Under the pieces are notes generated by a model. It was not told the DNA's origin and did no database searches. It worked only from the letters and a program-made list of their open reading frames with translations. A stretch of 63,707 nt of DNA, filler included. It is 6 parts of 6 records of this genome, joined end to end, with 100 filler letters (N's around TTAATTAATTAA, not from the genome) between each part and the next. Parts side by side here need not be neighbours in the genome. Positions count along the whole stretch, not along the records: positions 1 to 8,741 come from SRR31147125_14104; positions 8,842 to 24,944 come from SRR31147125_14153; 4 more parts are not named here. One strand, written 5' to 3'. Shown piece by piece: positions 1-10,112 of the stretch. Both the position numbers and the translations under genes were made by a program. Positions within the stretch are counted from its first letter, which is position 1, and every line of letters starts with the position of its first letter.

Positions 1-501
1 GGAACTTCGTTGTGGCTTGCTTTTTCTGATGATATGGCTGATTTGGAAAATGAAGACCCTGTTTTAAGGGAGTCTACACGACTAACATGTGCGGGTGCTT
101 TTGCATCGCAGTCGACTTACGATATTTTTCAATGGGATGATATTATTGGATTACCTAATGAAAAAACACCAGAGAAACTACTCGAAATTGCCCGGGCATT
201 TGGTTTTAAAACAGCTGAAGGATTAGAAACCTTTGAAGCTGAAATAATTCGCAGAGACCTCGATTTTCTGGGTAAAATGAATAAAAATGCTTCTCCGTTT
301 TATGTTTTTAACAAACAGGCAGGTGGATTGCCAACCAACCAGGATGAATTAAATCATCATCCGCTGCACGCAAAAACATTAAAAGACAAAGCAGACAAAA
401 TAGGAGCCGAAGCAATTGTTTATGCACCTGAAATAGGTATTGTAGATTCTTCAGGAAAAGATTTGGTAGAGTTTTTTCTGGAGAAATTTTATTTAGGATA
501 G
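1..501 (+). CDS. Alpha/beta-hydrolase (esterase-like), C-terminal part; 5' end cut by the window edge
   Basis: Frame is open from base 1 (GTSLWLAFSDDMAD...DPVLRESTRL..A...QSTYD) and ends with a HHP motif; this resembles the region after the nucleophile in alpha/beta-hydrolases. Confidence 0.55.
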   Translation, partial: GTSLWLAFSDDMADLENEDPVLRESTRLTCAGAFASQSTYDIFQWDDIIGLPNEKTPEKLLEIARAFGFKTAEGLETFEAEIIRRDLDFLGKMNKNASPFYVFNKQAGGLPTNQDELNHHPLHAKTLKDKADKIGAEAIVYAPEIGIVDSSGKDLVEFFLEKFYLG

Positions 502-683
502 CAGGTAGTTGTTTTCGTGAAAATTGAATTTGTGTTTTTCTTTAGGCTTCTTTATTAAGTTTTATTTCTAGTTATATAGAATCAATTTAAATGGTGTTTG
601 TGAATTGACCATATGATTCTAAATCAATAAATTTAAAGGATTAAATATGTGATTATTTAAATCACAACTAACCTTTTATAACC

Positions 684-1394
684 ATGTCCTTAAGTGTGTA
701 TGCAGAAACTACTGCAGGCAATGTACGTAGCGACAACGAAGATTATGTTATAGCAGATAATAATAATAAAATATTTATTATTGCAGATGGTGTTGGAGGC
801 AATCAGGCTGGAGAAATTGCAAGTAAATTTGTTGCAACAGCAATTTATCAATTTTTATCCGATGATTTAACCAAAAATACCAAAGAAAATCTGAATTCCA
901 TTCTTGTTCAAATTAACAAAGATCTAATTTCCAAGTCCGAAAATGATCCCTTACTAATGGGGATGAGCACTACATTAGTATTTTCATTAATTATAGAAGA
1001 AAGTTTTTTAATTGGGAATATTGGCGATTCACGTGGTTATCTATTTCGAAATGGCAAACTCACCCAAATCACAAAAGACCATAGCGTTGTTCAGGAATTG
1101 TTAGACTCAGGAGTAATAAATGAAGAGGAGGCTTTTAATCATCATTTGAAGCATATGATCACCATGGCATTAGGAAACAATACTGTTGAACCTGATTTTT
1201 ATGAGAGTGAATTTCGAAAAGGTGATATTTTAATTCTTTGTTCCGATGGTTTGTCAGATATGGTAACCGACCTTGAGATTGAATCGATTTTAAATATAAA
1301 TGAAACACCTAAAGCAAAACTTAAAATGCTTTCAAATAAAGCTTTGGAAAATGGAGGTTTTGATAACATTTCAATTATCCTAATAAATAAATAG
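684..1394 (+). CDS. PP2C-family (Stp1/PrpC-like) Ser/Thr protein phosphatase
   Basis: Motifs R..NED, IADGVGG, MSTT, NIGDSRGY, TKDHS, LCSDGL and GGFDNIS. Confidence 0.95.
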   Translation: MSLSVYAETTAGNVRSDNEDYVIADNNNKIFIIADGVGGNQAGEIASKFVATAIYQFLSDDLTKNTKENLNSILVQINKDLISKSENDPLLMGMSTTLVFSLIIEESFLIGNIGDSRGYLFRNGKLTQITKDHSVVQELLDSGVINEEEAFNHHLKHMITMALGNNTVEPDFYESEFRKGDILILCSDGLSDMVTDLEIESILNINETPKAKLKMLSNKALENGGFDNISIILINK

Positions 1395-1398
1395 TATT

Positions 1399-2622
1399 AT
1401 GAGTTTAGAGGGACAACAAGCATTTCAGATCCAGAAGGAACTTGGAGGCGGTGGATTTGCTACAGCTTTTAAAGCACTTGTTATTGATCCACGAATTTTT
1501 AAAAACTGGGGATGTAAGGATACGGTTGTTTTAAAAGTTCCAAACGATGAAGACAGCGCTATTTCATTAAGTAAGGAAATAGAAATTAACAATGCTCTTA
1601 AAGTTCTGTGTAATAAGGAAGAATTAGAATATTTATGTGAAGTTTATGGTTCATATTCACTCAATACCAATTTTGGTTCTAAGTTGGTTATGGTTATGGA
1701 GTTTATGCCTGAAGGTAACTTAAGAAATAAAATTCAGAATAAACTTTGCGACTTAAATAATACATTACAAATTTTAAAGGAGATTTTACAAGGATTAAGT
1801 ATTGTCCATAAACATAAAATATTACACAGAGATATAAAACCCGAAAATATTCTTTTCAAAAAAAACAGGGCAAGAATAACTGATTTAGGAGTTGGTAAAG
1901 CCATGCATGATCAGGAATCTACCAAAACTATCGCAGGGACTTTATTTTACATGTCCCCGGAAATGTTATTAAATAAAAAAGGATACACTTACAATGTTGA
2001 TATTTGGTCGGTAGGTGTAATGTTACACGAAATGCAATTTGGATGTTTGCCATTTGATATAAAATATTCTGATCCTCAGGGTGTAGTTGTCTCTAAAATT
2101 GTATCTGCTGAAATTTATAAAAAACCGGATAATTCTGATATTCCAACAGGTCTTAATGCTATTCTGAAAAAAGCGCTTGACAAAGATTCTCAGAAAAGAT
2201 ATCAGACAGCAAACGAAATTATTGATGATATTATAAAATTTGAGCATTCGATAATTAAGGAACGTGAAGATTATAAGGAGTTTATAATAAAACGGAATAG
2301 TGGGAAGCATGATGAAGCAATTGTACTCATTAATAATTTGATTTCTCAATTTAAAGAGTGTAGCGATTTGTATTATGAATTAGGATGTATTTACAATCGG
2401 CTGGCAAGTTACGATAAAGCAGTTAATTCTTTCAAAGCAGGAATAGAATATATTCCTGAATGTGGAATTTTGCATTTGGAAACCGGAAAGGCATTAAGTA
2501 AAACTAATGCCGAATTAGAAGCAATAACCTATTTGAATAATGCTATTGAACTTGGACTCTCCAAAAGAAATGAAATAATAGCTAAAACAATTATCAGTAA
2601 CATTAAAAAACAACAAAAATGA
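1399..2622 (+). CDS. Hanks-type Ser/Thr protein kinase with C-terminal TPR-like repeats
   Basis: LGGGGFATAFKA, VVLK, HRDIKPEN, DLG, GT..YMSPE and DIWSVG; C-terminal helical repeats (LYYELGCIY..., LHLETGKAL...). No TM segment. Confidence 0.93.
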   Translation: MSLEGQQAFQIQKELGGGGFATAFKALVIDPRIFKNWGCKDTVVLKVPNDEDSAISLSKEIEINNALKVLCNKEELEYLCEVYGSYSLNTNFGSKLVMVMEFMPEGNLRNKIQNKLCDLNNTLQILKEILQGLSIVHKHKILHRDIKPENILFKKNRARITDLGVGKAMHDQESTKTIAGTLFYMSPEMLLNKKGYTYNVDIWSVGVMLHEMQFGCLPFDIKYSDPQGVVVSKIVSAEIYKKPDNSDIPTGLNAILKKALDKDSQKRYQTANEIIDDIIKFEHSIIKEREDYKEFIIKRNSGKHDEAIVLINNLISQFKECSDLYYELGCIYNRLASYDKAVNSFKAGIEYIPECGILHLETGKALSKTNAELEAITYLNNAIELGLSKRNEIIAKTIISNIKKQQK

Positions 2623-3077
2623 GCTCGCCTTTGGAGGATATTGAACTGGATGTTAGGAATTATATGAATGAGAATGTTGATCTCAAAAGTGAATTGGAAG
2701 ATTGTAAGCACGAAAAAGTGAAACAACACAGAAAATTACTTCTTGGGATATTGGAAGTTGTTGATTCTATGGAAAATAGATTTGAGGGATTTACAAAAGA
2801 AGAACAAAACCTGAGCGACGAAACTAAAACGTGGGTAAAGAAATTCAGGATTAGTTATAAAAAGATAATCCGATTATTAAAAGAAGAAAATGTAGTTGCA
2901 ATTGAAACAAATATTGGTCAGAAGGTAAATCCAGATTGGCATCAAATAATCGACACATTACAAATAGAGGAAGGTGAAGAAAATGCAATAAGCGAAGTAC
3001 ACCAAAAAGGATATTTACTAAAAGGAAAATTACTTAGAGAATCAACAGTCACAATAATAAAAAATAGTATAACATGA
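2619..3077 (+). CDS. grpE: GrpE-like nucleotide exchange factor (short, divergent)
   Basis: Coiled coil followed by LLxxLEVVDSME and GQKVNPDWHQII...EVHQKGYLLKGKLLRESTV, the GrpE beta-domain pattern. ATGA overlaps with both neighbours. Confidence 0.85.
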   Translation: MSSPLEDIELDVRNYMNENVDLKSELEDCKHEKVKQHRKLLLGILEVVDSMENRFEGFTKEEQNLSDETKTWVKKFRISYKKIIRLLKEENVVAIETNIGQKVNPDWHQIIDTLQIEEGEENAISEVHQKGYLLKGKLLRESTVTIIKNSIT

Positions 3078-5444
3078 AAATAGGAATTGACTTAGGAACA
3101 ACAAATTCAGTAGTAGCCATTGTTGAAACAAAAGGAACACGAATTTTAGACAATAAAGAGGGAGAACAAATGACCCCTTCGGTTGTAGCAGGGAAAAAGG
3201 GGGAAATTATAGTTGGTTCTGTTGGAAGGAAAAGGTTAGTAATGGATCCGTTAAACACTATTTATTCGGTTAAACGATTAATGGGGAGAGGCTTCAAAGA
3301 TGACGAAGTTAAAAAAATGATTAGTGATGTACCCTATAAAATTATCAGACCTCAAAACGGAACTGAAGAAAGTTTATCCATAATGTTAAATGGCAGAGAA
3401 TATACACCAATTGAAATTTCATCGGCGATTTTAAAAAAAATAAAAGATGATGTTGAATTTCGGGTAGGAGAGGAAGTTAAAGATGCTGTAATTACGGTTC
3501 CTGCATATTTTTCTGAGATACAGAAAAGAGCAACAATGGAAGCAGGTAAAATGGCAGGACTTAATGTAATGCGAATAATCGATGAGCCAACGGCGGCGGC
3601 TATTTCTTATGGTATTGTTGAAGAAGCAGAAACCGATGAACCCAAAATGGCTTTGGTTTTCGATTTGGGCGGAGGTACTTTCGATATTTCTGTGATAGCA
3701 TTGTCCGGGGGATCTACTGTACAATTAAACCTGGAAGGAGATATGTGGTTGGGCGGAGATAATTTTGATCAGGTAATAATTGACCATTTAATAGAAAAGA
3801 TTAAGGAAGAGGAGAATGTTGATGTTCGGAATGATTCCAAAATGATGGCTGTTATAAAAAGAGAAGCCCAAAATGCGAAGGAAACATTGTCACATTCGAG
3901 AAGTGCCGATATTATTATTGAAGGAAGAGACCTGGATTTTGAGATAGAAATTACCCGGGAGCAGTTTGAAAACTGGATAGAGCCCTTAATCGTCAAATGT
4001 CAGAACCTGGTTGATAAGGCAATTCTGGGAGCCGGATTCGAAGGTGCACAAGACATTGATATTGTAATAATGGCCGGAAATTCAACATTAATCCCGGCAG
4101 TTCAGCAAAGCATGGAGGCAAAATTTGGATTGGAGAAAGTAAAGAGGAAATTGCATCCAAAATTATGTGTTGCCGATGGTGCAGCAAAAGCAGCAGCAAT
4201 ATGGCCGGAAGATAGTCGGCAATGCATAAGATGTAATACAACAAACGCTGTAAATGAAAAAAAATGTACCAAATGCGGATTTAATTTTGTTGAAGAAGAA
4301 TCAGGTCAGCTGGCATTTTCATACGGGATAGAACAAATAGGTGATAGGTTTAATATTTTTTATGAAAAAGGAACGCCATATCCCATTAAACCCGAAGATC
4401 AAGTTACCAAAACTGTAAATACCAATTTTAATAATCAACGTATGATATTGGTTGCAATTTATGGTGGAGAGCATGAAAAAGTTTCACAAAATGAAAAGCA
4501 AGGTGAAGTGTTTGCTGTTTTACCACATGGGCTCCCTAATGGAGCCGGAGTAAAAAATAAAACTCTGGATAAATAAGGATGGATTATTTGAACTGCAAAC
4601 CATGCTTGAAACAGGGGAAACTTTGCAATGCATTATATTAAGAGGACATTCAGATTCAAAAGCTGTTAATGAGGCATATAAAAAGTTAGATGATTATTCC
4701 ACAAAAAAAGCACAAATACCTCATGATGAGCAATTAAAAATTGAGAAAAAGTTAGACGAAGTATTAAACCGACTAATAAATGGAGAATTTGATGATGCTA
4801 TTTCAGAATGTAAAGAAATAAAAATTGAAGAAATTAAGAGTAGTAGTGAGAATGGAACTCCTCCTGCATTTGATTATCAGCAGGCATTAACTATAGTCAA
4901 TAATATAATGGCACAATACGGCGATTATTTATCACCTACTCAAAGGTATAAATTGCAGGATAAAAAGGAAGAATTAACAAATGCAATTAACAGCGGGAAT
5001 ACTGCATTAGGTAAAAAAATTGCTAATGAGGTTTTAAAAATGATTGATGATTTTATGTTTGAGGATATAAATGGACAAAAAATGCCATCTGTTTTTGGCA
5101 TCGTTATAATTTCTCAGAGTTCATTAATGCAGGCTGAACAAAAAGATCCCGCTGAAGTAGGAAGGCAAAGATTAAAAGAAAAAAGAGAAGAAGCGTTGAT
5201 TGAGATTAGGATGGGAAATAAAACAAAAGGCATTATGGATCTGAGTATGGTCATGATGAAAGCTCAAGAAATTATTGGGAAAGGAACATCCGTTCCAGGA
5301 ATGATTAAATGTCCGCATTGTGGAAAAATGACTCCAAGAAATAAACCGACATGTAATTATTGTACGAAACCAATAATTATTGGAGGAGATCAAATAGGTG
5401 CCGAAAGTAGTAGTTACCTGAATAGTTTTACTGTTGGTAGTTAA
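3074..5444 (+). CDS. Non-canonical Hsp70/DnaK-family protein with two zinc ribbons (about 789 aa once the frameshift at A6 4552-4557 is corrected)
   Basis: GIDLGTTNS, TPSVV, VITVPAYF, DEPTAAA, DLGGGTFD, LGGDNFD. Removing one A joins ORFs 3074-4576 and 4602-5444 through VKIKLWINKDGLFELQT, matching the DnaK IEVTFDIDANGIL strand. Confidence 0.88.
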
Positions 5445-5644
5445 TGACTTATGGTGTGTAGCTAATATGAATTGCTAATACAACAAACAATTTAGTAATA
5501 ATCTTCTCCAAAATAATTTAATACTTCAAATATTTGAGATAACGATTATATGTTGGATTGTATTTTTGCCTGGTTGCGACATGAATTTAAAATGAATATA
5601 AGAATGGTTTATTTATTAATCTCTGCTTAAATTTTTTGGAAAGC

Positions 5645-8219
5645 ATGAAAGATCCATTACAAAAAGAATTGACTGAATATGAGATTCTTAATATTCAGGA
5701 AGATGCAAAGAAAGAAGAAATTCAACCGGCTTTTATTAAGGCATTAAAAGGAAAAATAGAACAAAGCGGCAGGAGCGAGAAAAATACTCCTGAATGAAAT
5801 AGAAAGGATAAAAGTTGATTTTTTTCAATACGATAATATATTTTTTGAGAAGCTTGAAAAAGGCTTGGAAATTGAAAAAAAGTTAATCTCGCAAAGAATA
5901 AGTGTCGCAAATGATTGGCAGCTTGAACAATCAAATTTATTTCCTGAGATTAGTTCTATTGCGCATTCACTTAATGTGTTATGGTTTTGGACGGCGTTAA
6001 ATGTATCTGAGAATTGCTTTCAAAAGTTATCAGTAGATCCAGAATCAATTGCAACAGATGATTTAAACAAGTTAGAGAATGCCTGGAATAAAGCTATTGC
6101 CTATTTCACAGCATCTATAAACTCCGATTTATTTTTAAATAATTGGCTAAAAAGCAGGAATTATTTCCAAAATGGATCAACGAATAATATAAAATCAGAA
6201 ATTAAAGAAAAACTAATTCAAAAAGTTGAAAACAAGCTACAATATTATTACGGTAATTCTGTCTCAACAAGCGTTCCCCTTAAGGTTCTTTTTCAAAAAC
6301 TTTTAGACAATTTAAAACTGGAATTAAGTATTTCTAATAAAATTAGAAGTTTAAAGATAAATGTAGATACAAAAATAAATGGTTCGCAAAGAGTTGAAGG
6401 ACTAGGTAAAATATTTCTGGAAGAATACGGTTATATTGAAAAAGTAAGAAATATTATTTCTGATTTAAATTCCGCGAGTAATAATGAAAAAATAAATGAT
6501 TTGTTGATTGCATTATCCCCTTTTGCAAATATTCAATCGTTGGTAAATAAAAAACAGTTTAAAAGTGCACTGGATGAAATTGAAAAACTACCCCAAGCTG
6601 ATAAGACAACACCTGAACTGAAAAAACTTAAACAAGACTCTATTGTAGGATTAGCACGTTTTTGTATTTCAGGAGGTGTTTTAACCGAATTTCTTGAATT
6701 TAAAAATAATTATTTGAAAGCCAGAACTGTTGCTACCAGCAAGGTTGTTCAGATAATTGCAGATGATATTTTTAAGCTGGTTGCTAGTTTAAAAAATGTC
6801 AATCAGGATAAAATGATTGAATTACTTGCATGGGTTAATTCCAATGCTCCGGAGCATAAAAATATACGGCTAAAATTAGCGAATCTTTACCTTGAACGGG
6901 GAATTCAAACCTATAATAAAGGACAAAGAGCTTACGAGAAAGAACCCACAGAAAAGAATAGATTGTTGATGGAGAAAGGATTTGAAGATGCAGAAAAGGC
7001 CAAAAAATTAAATCCTACAGAAAAACGCATCCTTCAAAATCATGATGTCATGAAAAGGGGCGTTAATATTTCTAATCCGGTAATAAGTGAAGCTTCAAAA
7101 AATAATGGGGAAGGTGTTAAATTGCTTAGTCAGGCAAATAACGATTTAAAAGCAGGCAATGTAAACGAGGCTAAAGAAAAAATACAGAAAGCGAAAAGTT
7201 TGTTTGAAGCTGCATTGAAAGTTGAGCCCAACAATAACGTTTTTAAGGATAATAGAAAAATAGCAGTGGATTATCTTCAGCAGATAACTAAAGTTGAAAC
7301 AGATTTAAAAAATCAGCAAAAAGCAAGAAAAGATAACGATGATGGTGTGCTGATTTTAAATGGCTGCCAGAATGATTATGTGAAATATATGCAGGCCAAA
7401 AATACATTAAAACAAATTAAACAAATAAAATTGCCCGATGGCGCGCAATTAAATGCAAAAGGACAAGAACTTTTATCAGAATCGTTGGACACTGTAAATT
7501 CATTGGTTGATAGTTTGAAAAGAAGAATTGAAGAGGCGTTTGATTTTTTTGAATCAGCCCTTGATATGTTTCCCAATAATGAAACGTACAAAAAAAATCG
7601 GGATTATGCTTATGATATGTATGCTGAGGTCCAAACATTTGAAGAAATTATTTACGATAAGCCAGCTAAAAAATTACAAAAAGGATATCCTCAAAATAAA
7701 CCTGCCGGGGGATACTCGTTGAACAAACCAAGAAGTAGTTATACATCTACAACGCCTAAAAGGGATTATTCCCGTAAAAAACCGGCAACCAATTACACCA
7801 AAAAAAGTACACCCAAATATAATCCAGGCAGAAAGAAAACTTACAATTACTCTTCAGCTAAAACAAACTCAACAAAACTTCTTAAAGGTGTAAAAGATGT
7901 TTTTTATTTTATTGTAGGCGCTATTATGTTTTTGCTAGTCATGGTCTTGGCTATGGCTTCTGTTGAGGTGTATAAATTTCTCGATTTATATTTAGATAAA
8001 GGACAGTTTTTAGTATCTGCAGGCAAAATTGCTTTTGCAACCCTTCAAACAATATCATTTTATTTAATTATCATAAAAGGTAGACAGGCGTGGTTATTTA
8101 TATGGTATTTAATCGGCATTGCGGGTATCTGGGAATCAGGATTGGGTATGTTTTGGTTTGTATTGTATTGTATTGGATTTGTAGTCTCTGTTATTCTCTA
8201 TTTTACAACACGGGAGTGA
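5645..8219 (+). CDS. Large membrane-anchored TPR-like protein with a degenerate N-terminal J-like domain (frameshift near 5757-5765)
   Basis: ATG 5645 gives MKDPLQKELTEYEILNIQEDAKKEEIQPAFIKALK. The next frame continues KAAGARKILLNEIERIKVDFFQY into ORF 5865-8219, which has TPR-like repeats, a K/S/T/Y/P-rich linker and about 4 C-terminal TM helices. Confidence 0.7.
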
Positions 8220-8232
8220 TTAAAAATTTATT

Positions 8233-8741
8233 ATGGAATTAAAAATTGATTGTATTTGTAAATATGGTAAAGGTTTACCTTTGGATACCAAAAGATGCCC
8301 CAAATGTGGATTAAACCTGGAAACAATAGCAAAACTTTATAAGTTATCCGGAGATTTAATAGTACAAGGCGATGAATCTTTTAAAGAGAATAAAACTGGC
8401 TTAGCTGTTTCTTTTTACCATGCAGCGCATCATCTTTCAATTATTCCTGAGCCAGAGCCGTTTGTAAAGGCAATTGAAATCTATATAAATGAAAAAAATG
8501 GTAAGCTGGCAGGTGAATTACTGAAGTACTCAAAAATACATTTTCCTGATGAAAAGGTCTGGAATGATCTTGAAAATAGAGTTAATGAATTATTGAATGA
8601 GGAAAATGAAAAAAAGAAACAACAACAAAAAGTAGTTAAAAATTTCCGATTTTTTAAAAATGCTTTTTACGCTTCAATTGGAATATTATTTGTATTAGTA
8701 GTATTCAATTTTACTAAACAATTTTTAATTCCTAACGATGA
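8233..8741 (+). CDS. Zinc-ribbon + TPR-like + transmembrane protein; 3' end cut by the contig end
   Basis: N-terminal CIC...CPKCG, a TPR-like helix pair, a coiled coil, then hydrophobic AFYASIGILFVLVVF. Confidence 0.7.
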
Positions 8742-8841
8742 NNNNNNNNNNNNNNNNNNNNNNNNNNNNNNNNNNNNNNNNNNNNTTAATTAATTAANNN
8801 NNNNNNNNNNNNNNNNNNNNNNNNNNNNNNNNNNNNNNNNN
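8742..8841. other. Artificial contig linker (N44-TTAATTAATTAA-N44)
   Basis: N runs flank a 12-mer that has stops in all six frames; the same linker occurs five times. Confidence 0.97.
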
Positions 8842-9646
8842 GTTCTTATTCATGAATAGTGATAAATTACCTACAGAAGACGAACAATACGCAGCATATA
8901 AAGAAGTTGCTGAAACATTAGCTGGAAAACCAGTAACTATCAGAACGATGGATATCGGTGGAGATAAGGCACTTCCATACATGGAACTTCCTAAAGAGGA
9001 AAATCCATTCCTTGGATATAGAGCACTTAGAGTATCTCTAGATAGAACTGATATGTTTAAAACTCAGCTAAGAGCATTACTAAGAGCGTCAGCTCACGGG
9101 CAAGTTAAAATTATGTTCCCAATGGTAATCTCGTTAGCAGAAATTAGAAAATCTAAAGCCTTATTAGAAGAGTGTAAAGAAGAATTAAGAAATGAAGGAA
9201 TCGCATTTGATGAAGATGTAAAAGTTGGAATCATGATAGAAACTCCTGCATCTGCAATTAGAGCTAGACAGTTCGGAAAAGAAGTAGACTTCTTCTCTAT
9301 TGGAACTAATGACTTAACTCAGTATACACTTGCAGTAGATAGAGGAAATGAAAATATTTCTGACCTTTATGATTCATATAACCCAGCAGTACTTGAAGCG
9401 GTCAAATTAGCTATCGACGGAGCACATGCAAATGGAATTACATGTTCAATGTGTGGAGAGTTCGCTGGAGATGCTAAAGCAACTAAACTATTACTAGGAT
9501 TAGGATTAGATGCATTTTCAATGAGTGCTACATCAATTCCTCAAGTTAAGAAAAATGTTAGAGAGTCTGATTGTGTGCAAGCTAAGAAATTTGCAGAAGA
9601 GATGTTAGCTCTTGATACAGCTGAAGAGATAAAAAATAACTTATAA
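8842..9646 (+). CDS. ptsI: PTS enzyme I, C-terminal PEP-binding domain (5'-truncated)
   Basis: IRTMDIGGDK, EENPFLGYRALR, MIETP, FFSIGTNDLTQY, CGEFAGD. Confidence 0.95.
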
Positions 9647-9675
9647 TTATATATTAAATTAGCCATCCCTGTTTG

Positions 9676-9724
9676 GAGGGCACTGAAAAAGGGCATAACT
9701 TTATATGCCCTTTTTTAGTGCTCT
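9676..9724 (+). terminator. Intrinsic terminator hairpin after ptsI
   Basis: gagggcactgaaaaagggcata-acttta-tatgcccttttttagtgctct: stem with A and T tracts on either side. Confidence 0.75.
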
Positions 9725-10112
9725 AATCCTTTGCGACGAGTTTCTTCATTGTATCAATGGTCTCAATAACATTTTCTTTAGTGTAAGATATAATATTTTT
9801 AGCTAAAATAGGAGATCTGGCAGGATATCTTCCTAGTTTTAAAATTCACCACAAACAACTCTATTCAAATAAATTAAAATATATATTAGGTATATTTCAT
9901 ATTAGATGGTACAATAAGGAGTTACTGTTTATTTAAGAATGATGTTATGCGAACATCATTTGAGTAAATCGAGCATTTGTTGAAAAAACAGCTTAATTTA
10001 TTTAGATTATAGTTTTTTGAAGTTGAGACATTTAATAATAGAATCCTCTATTTATTCAAGATATTATAATTTTTAATATAACTGTAAAATATAATATCTT
10101 TGGGAGGAAAAA

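Noticed and set aside
2619-5444. Housekeeping grpE-dnaK-dnaJ heat-shock operon
   Set aside because: No hrcA or CIRCE, no canonical DnaJ, the DnaK linker is absent, zinc ribbons are present, and the genes are coupled to a kinase and phosphatase.
8786-8797. Recurrent TTAATTAATTAA as a biological repeat
   Set aside because: It is always centred in N runs with identical geometry; it is an assembly spacer with stops in six frames.
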